NCBI RefSeq assembly: GCF_964194155.1
Contig: NC_135895.1
Span: forward strand, 20,956,001-21,020,000
Reading direction: 5' to 3'
Length of the DNA: 64,000 nucleotides
From: Cetorhinus maximus
Lineage: Eukaryota
The notes beneath the pieces are model-generated. The model had not been told where the DNA came from. It searched no databases and saw nothing but the letters and a program-made list of their open reading frames with translations. Position numbers and translations under genes: made by a program. How positions within the stretch are numbered: position 1 is the stretch's first letter; each line of letters starts with the position of its first letter. Shown here piece by piece: positions 38,347-51,035 of this stretch.

Positions 38347-39690
38347 AAAAATATGCAATGTTTGAAATAATACGGACAATTGATTAAATCGTCATTTGGG
38401 GTAAAGAACCCTGCAAGCCACTGCCGAAAATAGGATCCCGATTCTTTCGGAACAGAGTTCAACAGGAATCAAACACAGAACAATGCAGATGAATTCTAAA
38501 GATGAATCTAGCACAAATTAATTAGATGGGCTGCAGCTTTGAATAAATTAAAAGGATAGCAACAGTCCAAGGCTGGCAGCAAAAAAAAAGGCCACTGAAC
38601 GCACCTAACAAGTAAAGGCTCCTTTTACCAATTCCATAAAATTTTCCATTCAACAATTGGAAGGCTATTTATCACTCCAGGCTGCATTATGAAGCAGCCT
38701 TAGATTCAGAATTCTCCAGGGCAAGCTCCTGATCTTTGATATGTTTTTTAAGACAAATGTCAAGAACATCCAAGGGGAGGCCAGATGCCCTTCTACAGGG
38801 ATAAACCAAAACAAACTCAACTGATGGGCTGCATCCTTGTGGCATTCCACTTCAACAAATCAACCAAGGTCCTTGGAAACTATAAATCAGTGATTCCGTG
38901 GCTGCTATCCTTCAGCCGACAGCAGGATTCAACTGTGGACTTCAACCAGTAAATATCCTTTTATACAGCTCACCCACCTTAGAATGTAAAAATGGGGGGG
39001 GGGGGGGGGAAGAGAGAGACAGACATCGCCACAAGGTTTATAGAAATATTTTGATATTTTTGTTCACTGTTTGCAAAATAATCTCAAGAGTAGCTTCCTC
39101 AATAGTCCAGAATGATTCTTCCCACTGCTGGAGGCAAAAGAGAGGCTCCATTTCAGATGCCACTTCACCGCTTCATCAAATCTACATTGTCCAGTATGTC
39201 AATTCTCCACGCCCAGTGAACCAGAGAAGCCCAGTGTTATGGATTCCAAGTGCTCTTGCTTCATTTTTTTTCATTTCTTAAACCTTAGCTGTAACTTCTA
39301 ATAGAATATAGAATATATAACACAAAGCATTCATTTCAAACCAATTCTCTTTCCAAAACTTGAAACAAACTCAAGTATATTATGATTCCCAGTATTGACA
39401 AATCAAAACTAAAAAACCAAATCGGATTGTTGCCCGTTTAAAAAGTTCGAAACTTGTAATCAAAGTGAGGCAGTCAATTGCAACTACAGAGGACAAGAAA
39501 TACAACAATATCAGTTGTTCCTATGGAAAACTCTGACCAAAATAAAACATATCCAAAAGAAAATTATAATCAGCTATTTCCTTCACTTTAACATTGGCAC
39601 TTACTTAATAAGTAAACTGAAGTGCAGGCTAAGTTGTGCATTCCAGCACTGAAGTGGAACGGGAACTCATGACCCGACTCAGGAGCAAAT

Positions 39691-42600
39691 TTTTTACTCT
39701 TTCACAGGACATGAGCATCACTGATTTGGATATTATTTATTGCCAATTCCTAATTGCCCTCGAGATGGTGGGGTGAGCTGCCTTCTTGAACTGCTGCAGT
39801 CTGTGTGGTGTAGGCACATCCACAGTGCTGTTAGGAAGGAAGTTCCAAGATTCTGACCCAGCGACAGTGAAGGAACAACAATTATAGTCCCAAGTTAAGA
39901 TAGTGTGTGGCTTGGCGGGGGTGGCGTTTCCATGTATCTGCTGCCCTCACCTTTTTAGGTGGTAGAGGTTGCAGGTATGGAACGTACTGTCAAAAGGAGC
40001 CTTGGGAGTGTTGCTGCAGTACATCTTCTATATGGTACACACTGCTGCCACTGTGCGTCTTGTGGAGGAGGAAGTCATGTTTAAAGGCGTTTGGTGGGTG
40101 CAAATCAAGTGGGCTGCTTTGTCCTGGATGGTGTTGAGCTTCCCGAATGCTGTTGGAGCTGCACTCATCCAGGCAAGTGGAGAGTATTCCATCACACTCC
40201 TGACTTGTGCTTTGTAGATGGCGGACAGGCTTGGGGAGTCAAGTGGTGAGTTACTTGTCACAGGATTCCTAGCCTCTGACCTGCTCTTGTAGCCTCAGTA
40301 TTTATACGGTTAGTCCAGTTCAGTTTCTGGTCAATGGTAACCCCCCCCAGGATGTTGATAGTGGGAAATTCAGTGTTGGCAATGCCATTGAACATTGAAC
40401 ATTGTGTGGATTCTCTCTTGTTGGAGATGGTCATTGCCTGAAACTTGTGTGGTGTGAATGTTACTTGCCACTTGTCAGCCCAAGCCTGGATATTGTCCAG
40501 GTCTTGCTGCATTTGGACATGGACTGTTTCAGTATCTGAGCAGTCATGAATGGTGCTGAACATGATTCACGAATGATTGCACATCTCCACTTCTGACCTC
40601 ATGATGGAAGGTTAAAGATAAGCAGCGGAAGGTGGTTGGGCCTAGGACACTACCCTGAGGAACTCCTCCAGTAATGTCCTGGAACTGGGGTGATTGACCT
40701 CCTACAACCATCTTCCCTTGTGCTAGGTAGGACTCCAACCAGCGGAGACATTGAACCCCTGCACCCCACCCCTGATTCCCATCAGCTCCAGTTTTGCTAG
40801 GGCTTCTTGATGCCACATTCGGTCAAATGCTGTCGATGTCAAGGGCAGTCACTCTCACCTCACTTCTGGAGTTCAGCTCTTTCGTTCATGTTTGAACCAA
40901 AGCTGTAATGAGATCAGGACCTGAATGATCCTGGCAGAACCCAAACTAAGTGCCAGTGAGCAGGTTATTGCTCAGCAAGTGCTGCTTGATAGCAATGTTG
41001 ATGACCCCTTCCAACACTTCACTGATGGAGAGTAGTCAGATGGTCCAGTAATTGGCCCAATTGGATTTGTCCTGCTTCGTGTACAGGACATAGCTGGGCA
41101 ATTTTCCACACGGCCGGGTGGATGTCAGTGTTGTAGCTGTACTGGAACAGCTTGGCTATGGGTGCAGCAAGTTATGGAGCACAAGACTTCTGCACTATTG
41201 CCAGAACATTGTCAAGGTCCATAGCCTTTGCAGTATCCAGAGCCTTCAGCCATTTCTTGATATCATGTGGAGTGAATCAAATTGGCTGAAGACTGGCATC
41301 TGTGATGCTGGAGACCTCCAGAAGAGGCAGAGATGGATCATCCACTCAGCACTTACTGGCTGAAGATTCTTGCAAGTGAGAGTTGTTGAATTGTCCACCG
41401 CCATTCACGACTGGCTATGGCAGGACTGCAGAGCTTAGACTTGATCTATTGGTTGTGGGGTTGCTTAGCACTGCCTATCGCATGTTGCTTATGCTGTTTG
41501 GCATGCTAGTCCTGTGTTGTAGGTTCATCAGATTGACACCTCATTTTTTAGGTATGTCTGGTGCTGGTCCTGCCATGCCCTCCTACATTCTTCATTGAAC
41601 CAGGGTTGATCCCCAGGCTTGGTGGTAATGGTAAAGTGGGGGATATGCTAGGCCGAGGTTACAGATTGTGGTCAAGTACAATTCTGCTGCTGCTGATGGC
41701 CCACAATGCCTCGTGGATGCCCAGTCTTGAGTGGCTTGATTGGTTCTAAATCTATCCCATTTAGCATAATGGTAGTACCACACAACACGATGGAGGGTGT
41801 CCTCAATGTGATGGGGGCTTCATCTCCACAAGGACTGTGCGGTGGTCACTCCTACTGATACTATCATAGGCAGATACATCTGCAGCAGGCAGATTGGTGA
41901 GGTCAAGTATGCTTTTTCCGCTTTGTTGGTTCCCACACCACCTGCCGCATACCTAATCTAGCTGCTATGTCCTTTAGGGCTCAACTAGCTCAGTCTGTAG
42001 TGCTGCTACCAAGCCACTCTTGGTAATGGACACTGAAGTCCCCAATCCAGAGTACATTCGGCACCCTTGCCACCCTCAGTGCTTCCTCCAAGTGGTGTTC
42101 AACATGGAGGAGTATTGATTCATTAGTTGGGGGTGTGGGGCAGTAGGTGATAATCACCAGGAGCTTTCCTTGCCCACGTGTGACCTGATGCAATGCGATT
42201 TCACAGGGTCTGGAATTGATGTTGAGGGCTCCCAGGACAACTCCCTCCTGACTGTATAGCACTATGCCACCACCTCTGCTTGGTGTGTCCTGCCAATGGG
42301 ACAGGATATCACCATCCCTGGGTGTGTCTGGGACAGTGTCTTACACTCAGAATCATGCCCTACAGACAGTGTCAGGCTGTTGCTCGACTAGTCTGTGGGA
42401 CAGCTCTTCCAATTTTGGCACAAGCTCCCAGATATTGAGGACTTTGCAGGGTTGACAGTGCCGAGTTTGCCATTGTCGCTTCCAGTGCCCAAGTTGATAT
42501 CAGGTGATCCATCTGGTTTCATTCCTTATAGACGTTCTAGTGGTTTGATACAACTGAATGGCTTGCTAGACTATTTCAGAGGGCAGTTAAGAGTCAACCA

Positions 42601-42862
42601 CATTGTTGTTGGTCTGGAGTCACGTGTGGGCCAGACCAGGCAAGGGCAGCAAATTTCCTTCCCTAAAGGGCATTAGTGAACCAGGCTGGATTTTAAAACA
42701 ATCTAAGATTAGTTTCATGGTCATCATTAGATTTTTAATTCCTGATTTTTATTGATCGAATTCAAATTCCAGTATGGTGGGATTCGGACTCAGGTCACCA
42801 GAGCATTACTCTGGGTCTCTGGATTATGAATCTAGTGACAAACCACTACGTCACTGCCTCCC
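39691..42862 (-). mobile_element. Single-ORF CR1-group LINE, near full length, with tRNA-like head
   Basis: APE (VLWIGDFSVH, EWLGSSTTD), RT (GVPQGSVLGP, AWADKWQVTF, GVTIDQKLNW, YKAQVRSVMEYS); 3' tail at about 39691; A/B-box-like head at 42779-42862. Confidence 0.88.
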
Positions 42863-43324
42863 AATGCAGGTTCTGAATTCAGAATATCTTTGAACGTAGA
42901 GCATTTTACCAGAATTGTTTGTTCACTATTCCCATATTATTCAGGAAATGCTTATTTATTGGGTAGCATGGGATGACTAAATAGGTTAGGAACTAACCTC
43001 CAACAATGCCCGAAATGTAGCCATAACAATTGCAAAACAAATTTATTAAACATCAAACATTAACAAACCAACACTACATTATCTCCACTAGTCTGGCTTC
43101 AATTACAAAAATACTTTTGTCTAGTTCAGACAGTAAATTATTCCCCTTCATTTTTCTCCCTTCCCAAAGGCACTGACCCTTGCTACAATAACTACAGCTC
43201 CTAGAACATTGCCCAAGTGACTATTCTTCGTGCAGACAGTGAGAATTAGAAATCTATGTAAATCAACTATCAGAGCAGACCCAACTCAGTCCTTCAGAGA
43301 ACACTCAGCACTGATTACTAGATT

Positions 43325-46300
43325 TTTTTCTGTTCTTTCATGAGATGTGGGTGTTTTGTTGCTAATCCCCAACTGCCCTTGAGAAAGTGGTGTCGCTCCA
43401 CCTTCTTGAAATGCTAGTCTCTCTGCTTTTGGTACACCCACAGTGCCGCTAGGCAGGGAGTTCCACAATTCAGATCCCATGACAGTAAAGGAATGGTGAT
43501 ATAGTTCCAAGTCAGGATGCTGTGCAGCTTGGAGGGGAACTTGCAGGCGGTAATATTCGCATTCATCTGCTTTCCTCGTCTTAGGTGGTAGAGGTCATGG
43601 GTTTGGAAGGTACTGTCTAAGGAGCCTTGCCGAGTTCCTGCAGTGTAACTTGTAGATGGTACACCCTGCTGCTACTGAGCGTTGGTGGTGGAGGGAGTGA
43701 ATGTTTGTGGATAGGGTGCTAATCAAGTGGGCTGCTTTGTCCTGGATGGTGTCAAGCTGCGAGTGTTGTAGGAGCTGCACTCATCCAGGCAAATGGGGAG
43801 TATTCCATCACACTCCTGACTTGTGCCTTATCGATGGTAGTTAGACTTTGGGGAGTCAGGTGAGTAGAGTTACTCATCTTGGAATTCCCAGTCTGACTTG
43901 CTCTTGTAGTCACAATATTTATATGGTTGGTCCAGTTCAGTTTCTGGTCCATGGTAACTCCAGGATGTTGGCAGAGAGATTCAGCAGTGGTAATGCTTGT
44001 CCATGTTTGGATCAAGACTGTAACGAGGTCAAGAGCTGAGTGGCCCTGGCAAAACTGAAACTGTGCATCAGTAAGCAGGTTATTGCTGAGTAAGTGCCAT
44101 TTGATCACACTGTTGATGACCCCTTTCATTACTTTACTGATGATTGAGAGTAGACTGATGGGGCCATAATTGGCCAGGTCGAATTCGTCCTGCCTTTTGT
44201 GGACAGAACATGCCTGGACAATTTTCCACATTGCAGGGTAAATGCCAGTGTTGCAGCTGTGTTGGAACAACTTGGCTAGGGGCGCTGCTAATTCTGGAGC
44301 ACTAGTCTTCAGTAATATTGCTAGAATATTGTCCGGCCCATAGTCTTTACAATATCCAGTGCCTTCAGCGTTTCTTGCTATCACATGGAGTGATTAGAAT
44401 TAGGTGAAGGCTACTAACTGTTATGGTGGAGACCACTACAGGTGCCAGGGAGTCAAGATGGACATTTCAACACTCCACCCTGCTCTCATGCCCACATGTC
44501 CGTCCTTGGCCTGCTGCATTGGTCCAGTGAAGCTCAATGCAAACTAGAGGAAAAGCACCTCATCTTCCGACTAGGCACTTTGCAGCCTTCCGGACTGAAT
44601 ATTGAGTTCAACAATTTTAGATCATGAACTCTCTCCTCCATCCCCACCCCTTTTCCGATCCCCTTTTTTCCAATAATTTATATAGATCTTTCTTTTCCCA
44701 CCTATTTCCATTATTTTTAAATGTATTTCAATCCATTGTTTTATCTCTACCTTTTAGCCTATTTTGATCCCTTCCCCCCCACCCCACCCCCACGAGGGCT
44801 ATCCGTACCTTGCTCGTCCTGCTTTCTACCTTTAATGTCACCTATTAGCACATTCCTTAGATAATATCACCACCTTCAACACCTCTTTGTCCTTTTGTCT
44901 ATCTCCACCTATCACTGGCCCTCTATCCAGCTCTACCTGTCGCCCCCCCCCCCCCACCACCTTAAACCAGCTTATATTTCACCTCTTTTCTATTTTTACT
45001 TAGTTCTGTTGAAGAGTCACACGGACTCGAAACGTTAATTGTGTTCCTCTCCGCAGGTGCTGTCAGACCTGCTGAGTTTTTCCAGGTATTTTTATTTTTG
45101 TTTTAGTCAAGATGGATCATCCACCAGCACTTCTGGCTGAAGATGATTGCAAGTGATTCAGCCTCATCTTTTGCACTGATGTGCTGGGCTCCCCCACAGT
45201 GGTGGATGGGGATATTTGTGGAGCCTCCTCCTGTTAGTTTAATCATCCACCACCATGGATGTGGCAGGACTGCAGAGCTTTAATCTGATCTTTTGGCTGC
45301 GGAATCCGTTAGCTCTATTGCATGTTGCTTGTTGTTTGGCACGCAAGTAGTCTTGTGTTGTCACAATCACCAGATTGACCTCATTTTTAGGTATGCCTGG
45401 TGCTGCTCCGGGCATGCCCTCCTGCACTCCTCACTGAACCAGGGTTGATACCCCACTCTACCATTACCATCAAGCTGAGGTAAAAAGCTGGGCCAGGAGA
45501 TTACAGATTGTGATCAAATACAATCCTGCTAACTGCTGATGATCCATAGCACTTCATGATGCACAGCTTTGAGTTGCTAGATCTTTCTAAATCCATCCCA
45601 TTTAGCTCAGTGGTATTTCCACACATGGAGGGTATCCTTAACGTAAAGATGGGACTTCATCTCCACAAGGACTGTGCAGTGATCACTCCTACCGAGACTG
45701 TCATGGACAGATGCATCTGCGAAAGGTAGACTGGTGAGGATAAGGTAAAGTAGTTTTTCCCCTCACCACCTGCTGCAGGCCCAGTCTGGCAGATATGTCC
45801 TTCAGGACTCAGGTCAGTAGCAGTGCTATTGAGCACCACTTTGGTGATAGATACTGAAGTCCCCAACCCAGATTACATACAGAGTGCCCTTGCTACCCTC
45901 AGTGCTTTCAAGTGGTGTTCAACAAGAAGTACCAACGATTCATCAGCTGAAGAGGAATGGTAGGTGGTCAATTGTCAAAACTCCCAGAGCAACCTTCTCC
46001 CTAGTATATACCACTGTGCTGCTGCCTCTGCTGGGTTTGTCCTGCCGGTGGGATAAGACATCAGGGATGGTGACAGTGATGTCTGGAACATTGTCTGTAA
46101 AGTATGATTCGGTGAGTATGAAGATGTCAGGCTTTTGCTTGACTGGTCTGTGGGACAGCTCTCCCAATTTTTGGCACAAGCCCCCAGGTATAAGTAAGGA
46201 GGATTTTGCAGGGTCAAGAGGCTGGGCGTGCCATTGCTGTTTCTGGTGCTTAAGTCGATGCCAAGTGGTCCATCTGATTTTATTTCTTTGACTTTTCTGT

Positions 46301-46435
46301 CAATAGTTTGGTACAACTGAGTGGCTTGCTAGGCTCTTTCAGAGGGCATTTAGAGTCTACCACATTGCTGTGGGTCTGGAGTCACGTTAGGCCAGACCAG
46401 GTAGGGTCACCAGATTTCCTTCTCTAAAAGGACGT
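43325..46435 (-). mobile_element. Second copy of the same CR1-group LINE, RT core deleted, interrupted by a PLE
   Basis: KQKPDIFILTESY (APE), GPDNI...NYGPISLLSIISKVM, then a direct jump TWT to ITTAES; same 3' tail. Confidence 0.87.
44463..45104 (+). mobile_element. Penelope-like 3' fragment nested in a CR1-group LINE
   Basis: GIY-YIG C-terminus (HFNTPPCSHAH...GLNIEFNNFRS) and the same 3' region; perfect 12-bp TSD AGTCAAGATGGA at 44451-44462 and 45105-45116. Confidence 0.92.
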
Positions 46436-47604
46436 AAGTGATAACCATCAGTCAAAGGAACCCAGGCTGATTTCCCATTGTACACAACTCTGATAGAAGC
46501 CCCAACATAGTAAGTGGCTTATTAAGTCACCAACATTAACTTAATTGGAAGTCTGTGCTTATAAACACGAAGTGCTGAAAACACTCAGGCCTGGCAGCAT
46601 CTGTGGAGAGGGGAACAGAGTTAATGTTTCAGGTCAATGAATGTTCATCAGAACACATTAAATGAACTTTTTAAAAAACACTATCTTAAGATAAAATATA
46701 TCTACAGTACAAGATAAAACACAAGAGAAAAAAAGCAAGTTTGAGTGATTTCAAGAAACACTTCAGACAAGGAATCCATGATCTATCCAGGACCAATTTT
46801 GAAAGAAAATCATAAGTTATTCAAGCAGTAATTATACGTTGCCATATAAATTCTGGGGCGGTGGGGGGAGATGATAACACAAAAGTGTAAATAATATGTT
46901 CCTGTGCAAGGATGAGCTATCCAGGGGAGTCAAATGATTTCCCTCATTTGCTTTCATCTTTTGTGAAATTGGAGATGACAAGTCAATATTACAAATAGTG
47001 TGCCAATAAAAGGATTCAGGAGGAATTTTTTTTTTTTACTGACAGCAGTTAGAATGCATTAACTTGCTACCTTGTGAAGCAGTTGGAGCAAATTGCATAG
47101 ATGCATTTAAGGGGAAGCTACAGGGGGTGAAAGGAACAGTAGGATATGCTGATACTGTTAGATGAAGTAAAGTGGGAGGCTTGTTTGATCACCAAATTCA
47201 CCTCAAACCCCATCACCACCAACCATCCCCACCTCCAGCAGCAAGTAGTGCAAAAGGGGGTTTACACCACAGTAACATCGGTCCACAAAGATGTTAGAAA
47301 CATTGTTTTTATGGAATCACCTCACAAATATGCACTCATTGTGAAATTTTTACACCTTTTAAAATAAAAATCAGAACATTCCCACTGAGGGAATTACAAA
47401 TAATTCTCTGGTTCAAAATTGAAAGCCATTATCCAATTGCCTTGATATACCACATGAATCATTTGAGACTGACACTTGATTGACAGCTATAACATTGGCT
47501 TCACTCACTGGTGTGCTGCTCTTCCACCAGTAAAGGGCTGACAGGACAGAAATTCAGACAGAATGTTAAAATATTCCACTGCAACCAAGTGTTTTGTTTT
47601 TAAA

Positions 47605-47964
47605 ATTCGTTCATGGGATGTGGGCGTCACTGGCTAGGTCAGTATTTATTACCCATCCCTAATTGCCCTTGTTCAGGGGGCATTTAAGAGTCAACCACAT
47701 TGCTGTGTGTCTGGAGTCACACGTAGGCCAGACCAGGTAAGGACAGCAAATTTCCTTCCCTAAAAGGACTTCAGTGAACCAGATGGGTTTTTCCACCACA
47801 ATCAGCAACGGGCTCATGGTCATCATTGGACTTTTAAATTTCAGATTTTTGTTGGATTCAAATTTCACCATCAGCTGTGGGATTCAAACCCAGGTCCCCA
47901 GGGTATGGCCCTGGGTCTCTGGAATACTAATACAGTGACAATACCACTGTGCCCCCACCTCCCC
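47605..47964 (-). mobile_element. tRNA-headed SINE sharing 5' and 3' ends with the CR1-group LINE
   Basis: A box GGCACAGTGG (47944-47953), B box GGTTTGAATCCC (47879-47890); body matches LINE 42570-42862, tail matches the LINE 3' end; truncated relatives at about 58095-58285 (-) and 7110-7385 (+). Confidence 0.85.
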
Positions 47965-48697
47965 AGCGTGTGTATGAAGTTGAGCTGTGGGCGTTGCCTC
48001 CTCTGGAGTCTCGCACTAGCTACCAGGATTTTGTGTACTGTCAGATCAGCAACATTACTCCCTGCAATGCTGCAACTTTGCCTTGGCATTGACACAATGA
48101 AAGCTGCAGCTTTCAAACTGACAAAAACAGCAGTGGATCAGGACCACGCTGCATTAAATCAACAGCGTGTCTTCGTAGCTGGAATCAATGCCATCTGGCT
48201 ATCCCACATTGCGTCTTCTCCCACTTCTCAAGACCAATTATAAATTGTTAATGTCCTGATGTGCAACTCCAACCCTTTTGCTTAATGGATTCAAAGGGGA
48301 AGAGCTCCCTTTAGATTCTCCCACCCCTATCAGCAGCTCTCCTTTGCCTAGGGAAGAACACTATGCTTTGCAGTCTTTGAAAATACTGAACCCTTGACCC
48401 ACAAGAGTCTTACTAAAGGCTCCTGGCAGCTCCACAAGGTATTCAATTAAAGCGAAATAATTCATTTCAAGGGTGGATGTGAGGAGTTTGCACGTAAGCT
48501 AATATAAGGTTTACTGTTCTAAAAGCAAGATCAGCTTTTAGCTGAAAAGGCATTTGTATGTGGAAGAGATTTTTAAAACTGAAATTTGAAAAGGTCAACT
48601 TATTACCAAAATTAGTTTTACTAAAAGCATGTGAACTGACTAAACACTGATGCCTCAGTGGTGAAATGCAGTATAAAAACAAGTGCAAACTAATAAA

Positions 48698-48991
48698 AGC
48701 AAAATACTGCGGATGCTGGAAATCTGAAACAAAAACAGAAAATGCTGGAAAAACTCAGCAGGCCTAACAGCATCTGTGGAGAGAAAAAAAAGTTAACGTT
48801 TCGAGTTCGTATGAGCTCTGAAGAGGAGTTGTATGGACTCGAAACGTTAACTGTTTTTCTTTCCTCTCCACAGATGCTGCAAACTAATAAATTCTGCTGA
48901 AGGGTCATGAGGACTCGAAACGTCAACTCTTTTCTTCTCCGCCGATACTGCCAGACCTGCTGAGTTTTTCCAGGTAATTCTGTTTTTGTTT
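48698..48991. mobile_element. Two adjacent miniature Penelope-terminus insertions
   Basis: First (48698-48877, fold-back) flanked by TGCAAACTAATAAA at 48684-48697 and 48878-48891; second (48895-48991) flanked by TAAATTC at 48888-48894 and 48992-48998. Confidence 0.82.
48813..48928 (+). ncRNA. Tandem pair of minimal hammerhead motifs
   Basis: CUGAAGA-GGAGUU-guaug-GACUC-GAAAC-GUU-AACU (48818-48852) and CUGCUGA-AGGGUC-augag-GACUC-GAAAC-GUC-AACU (48894-48928). Confidence 0.65.
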
Positions 48992-50154
48992 TAAATTCAT
49001 TTTAACTCTGGTGAGAAAGTGCATTTTCTAATACAGGATAAGTCTATGCTGACTAGTACAGACACACGCTTCAATCCTCATCACCAGCAAGTGATTTCTG
49101 TCTGTATGGGCTCACTTCACAGCATTGAGCCAAGGCAGGATCAGTGTCAGCTGCAGATGAATGGCCTGTCAACAATCAAATGCCTCAGCTCACACAAAGA
49201 GTGGTCTATTGGGCAAAATAGTGGCGCCTATAGAACTCTTCCCCAAAAGAGTAAGGACTGGCAAAAAAGCAGGGGAGAAAGCGGGGGTGGGGGGGTGGAG
49301 TGGGGGGGAATACAATAGTGATTAATTCAGGGTATTTTCCAACTGGAACAATGGAGGAGTGCAACATATTTTATAACCCCAATTTTTGACCAATTAATTT
49401 TGAATGTGTCAAAAATGAAGCATTTTTACTTTTAGTTTAGTAATGGTCCCTTTAATTAAGTATTGTGTATTAAAGATACTTTCAAAACAAGTTGCAACCA
49501 ACGAAATTATGACCCCTGCCTAACTCAAAGCAAATGCTGCAAAGCTTTGCTGTGTTTGAATTCCAAGCAGAGAATTTAAAGGATGGAGCCAGGATGCCTA
49601 CAAACTAATGCACTGTGTGATTCACTCAGATATTTGCATGACTGGCAATTACTACAGGGATTAGGCAAGAATTATTTAAATCAACAGCAACTGTTTGAGA
49701 AGTATTTAATTAAGCTGGCCTGTTCAAATTTGGGTTCAGGAATTTCAGGGAAGATATTCCAGGCTGGTTAAAAACTCTATAAGAAAGAAAGGGAGGAAGG
49801 GAGGTTTAGCAAAGAGATGAGAGACAATTTTTCTTTTCAAGATAGTATGATAGTCCTATATCCATTATATATTATTGTTACTCATTCGCTTGTCCATCTA
49901 CACTTCAAAAAAAATCAGCTTTATAACTAACGTCTGAAATCTGACCCAAAAAAAGTGTTTATGCAGCACATGATGCATCTGGAAGCCAAAATGAAATTTT
50001 AAAACTGCTTTTGATATTTCGGGCAAATTATAGAACATGTGTGGACAGATTCAGGGCCAAAGAAGGAACTCAAGCTCGAGCCATCATCTATTGGAGTAAT
50101 TAAATTACAGGTTAAATGGGACAAGAGAAAACACAATTTGGTAATCTTTTTCCA

Positions 50155-51035
50155 AAAGAACATAAGGGCTAGGAGCAGGAGTCGGCAATTCAACCCCTCG
50201 AGCCTGCCCCGCCATTCAATACAATCATGGCTGATCACAGTTCGGCCTCAACTCCAATTTCCCACCCTCTCCCCATAACCTTTCAACCCGTTACTAATTA
50301 AAAATCTGCCCATCTCCTCAAATTTATTCAGTGTCCCGGCATCCACTGCACTCTGAGGTAGTGAATTCCACAGATTCACGGCCCTGAGAAAAGTAATTCC
50401 TCCTCATCTCTGATTTAAATCTACCACCCCTTAGCCTAAAACTATGGCCTCTTGTTCTCAAATGCCCCACAAGGGGAAACATCCGCTCCACGTCCACTTT
50501 CTCTATCCCCTTTGGTATCTTATATACCTCAATTAGATCTCCTCTCACCCTTCTAAACTCTAGCGAGTATAGGCCTAAACTACTCAATCTCTCCTTATAA
50601 GACAAGCCCCGCATCTCTGGAATCAATCTAGTGAACCTCCTCTGAACTTACTCCGATGCAACTACATCCTTCCTCAAGTAAGGGGGCCAAAACTGTGCAC
50701 AGTACTCCAGGTGCGGTCTCACCAATGCCTTGTACAGTTGCAACAACACTTCATTATTTTTATACTCTGTTCCTTTAGCAATAAATGACAAAATTCCATT
50801 TGTCTTCCTTATTACCTGCTGTACCTACGTACTAGCTTTCAGCGATTCATGCACGAGGACATACAGATCCCTCTGCACTGAAGCATTCTGAAGTTTCTCT
50901 CCATTTAAATAATAAGTTGCCTTTTTATTCTTCCAACCAAAATGGATAACCTCATACTTATCCACGTTAAACTCCATCTGCCAAATTTTGGCCCATTCAC
51001 TTAACTTGTCCATATCCATTTGTAAATTTCTTAAT
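50155..51035 (-). mobile_element. Classical CR1 3' fragment
   Basis: LQMDMDKLSEWAKIWQMEFNVDK, LGLYSLEFRRVRGDLIEVYKI, RTRGHSFRL; cttatgttc tail. Confidence 0.88.

Noticed and set aside
42779-42862. Functional tRNA gene (also 47879-47964)
   Set aside because: A/B boxes present but no complete cloverleaf or terminator; contiguous with retroelement bodies.
48698-48991. Repeated gactcgaaacgtt units as a CRISPR-like array
   Set aside because: Vertebrate context, no regular spacers or cas genes; explained by PLE hammerhead termini.
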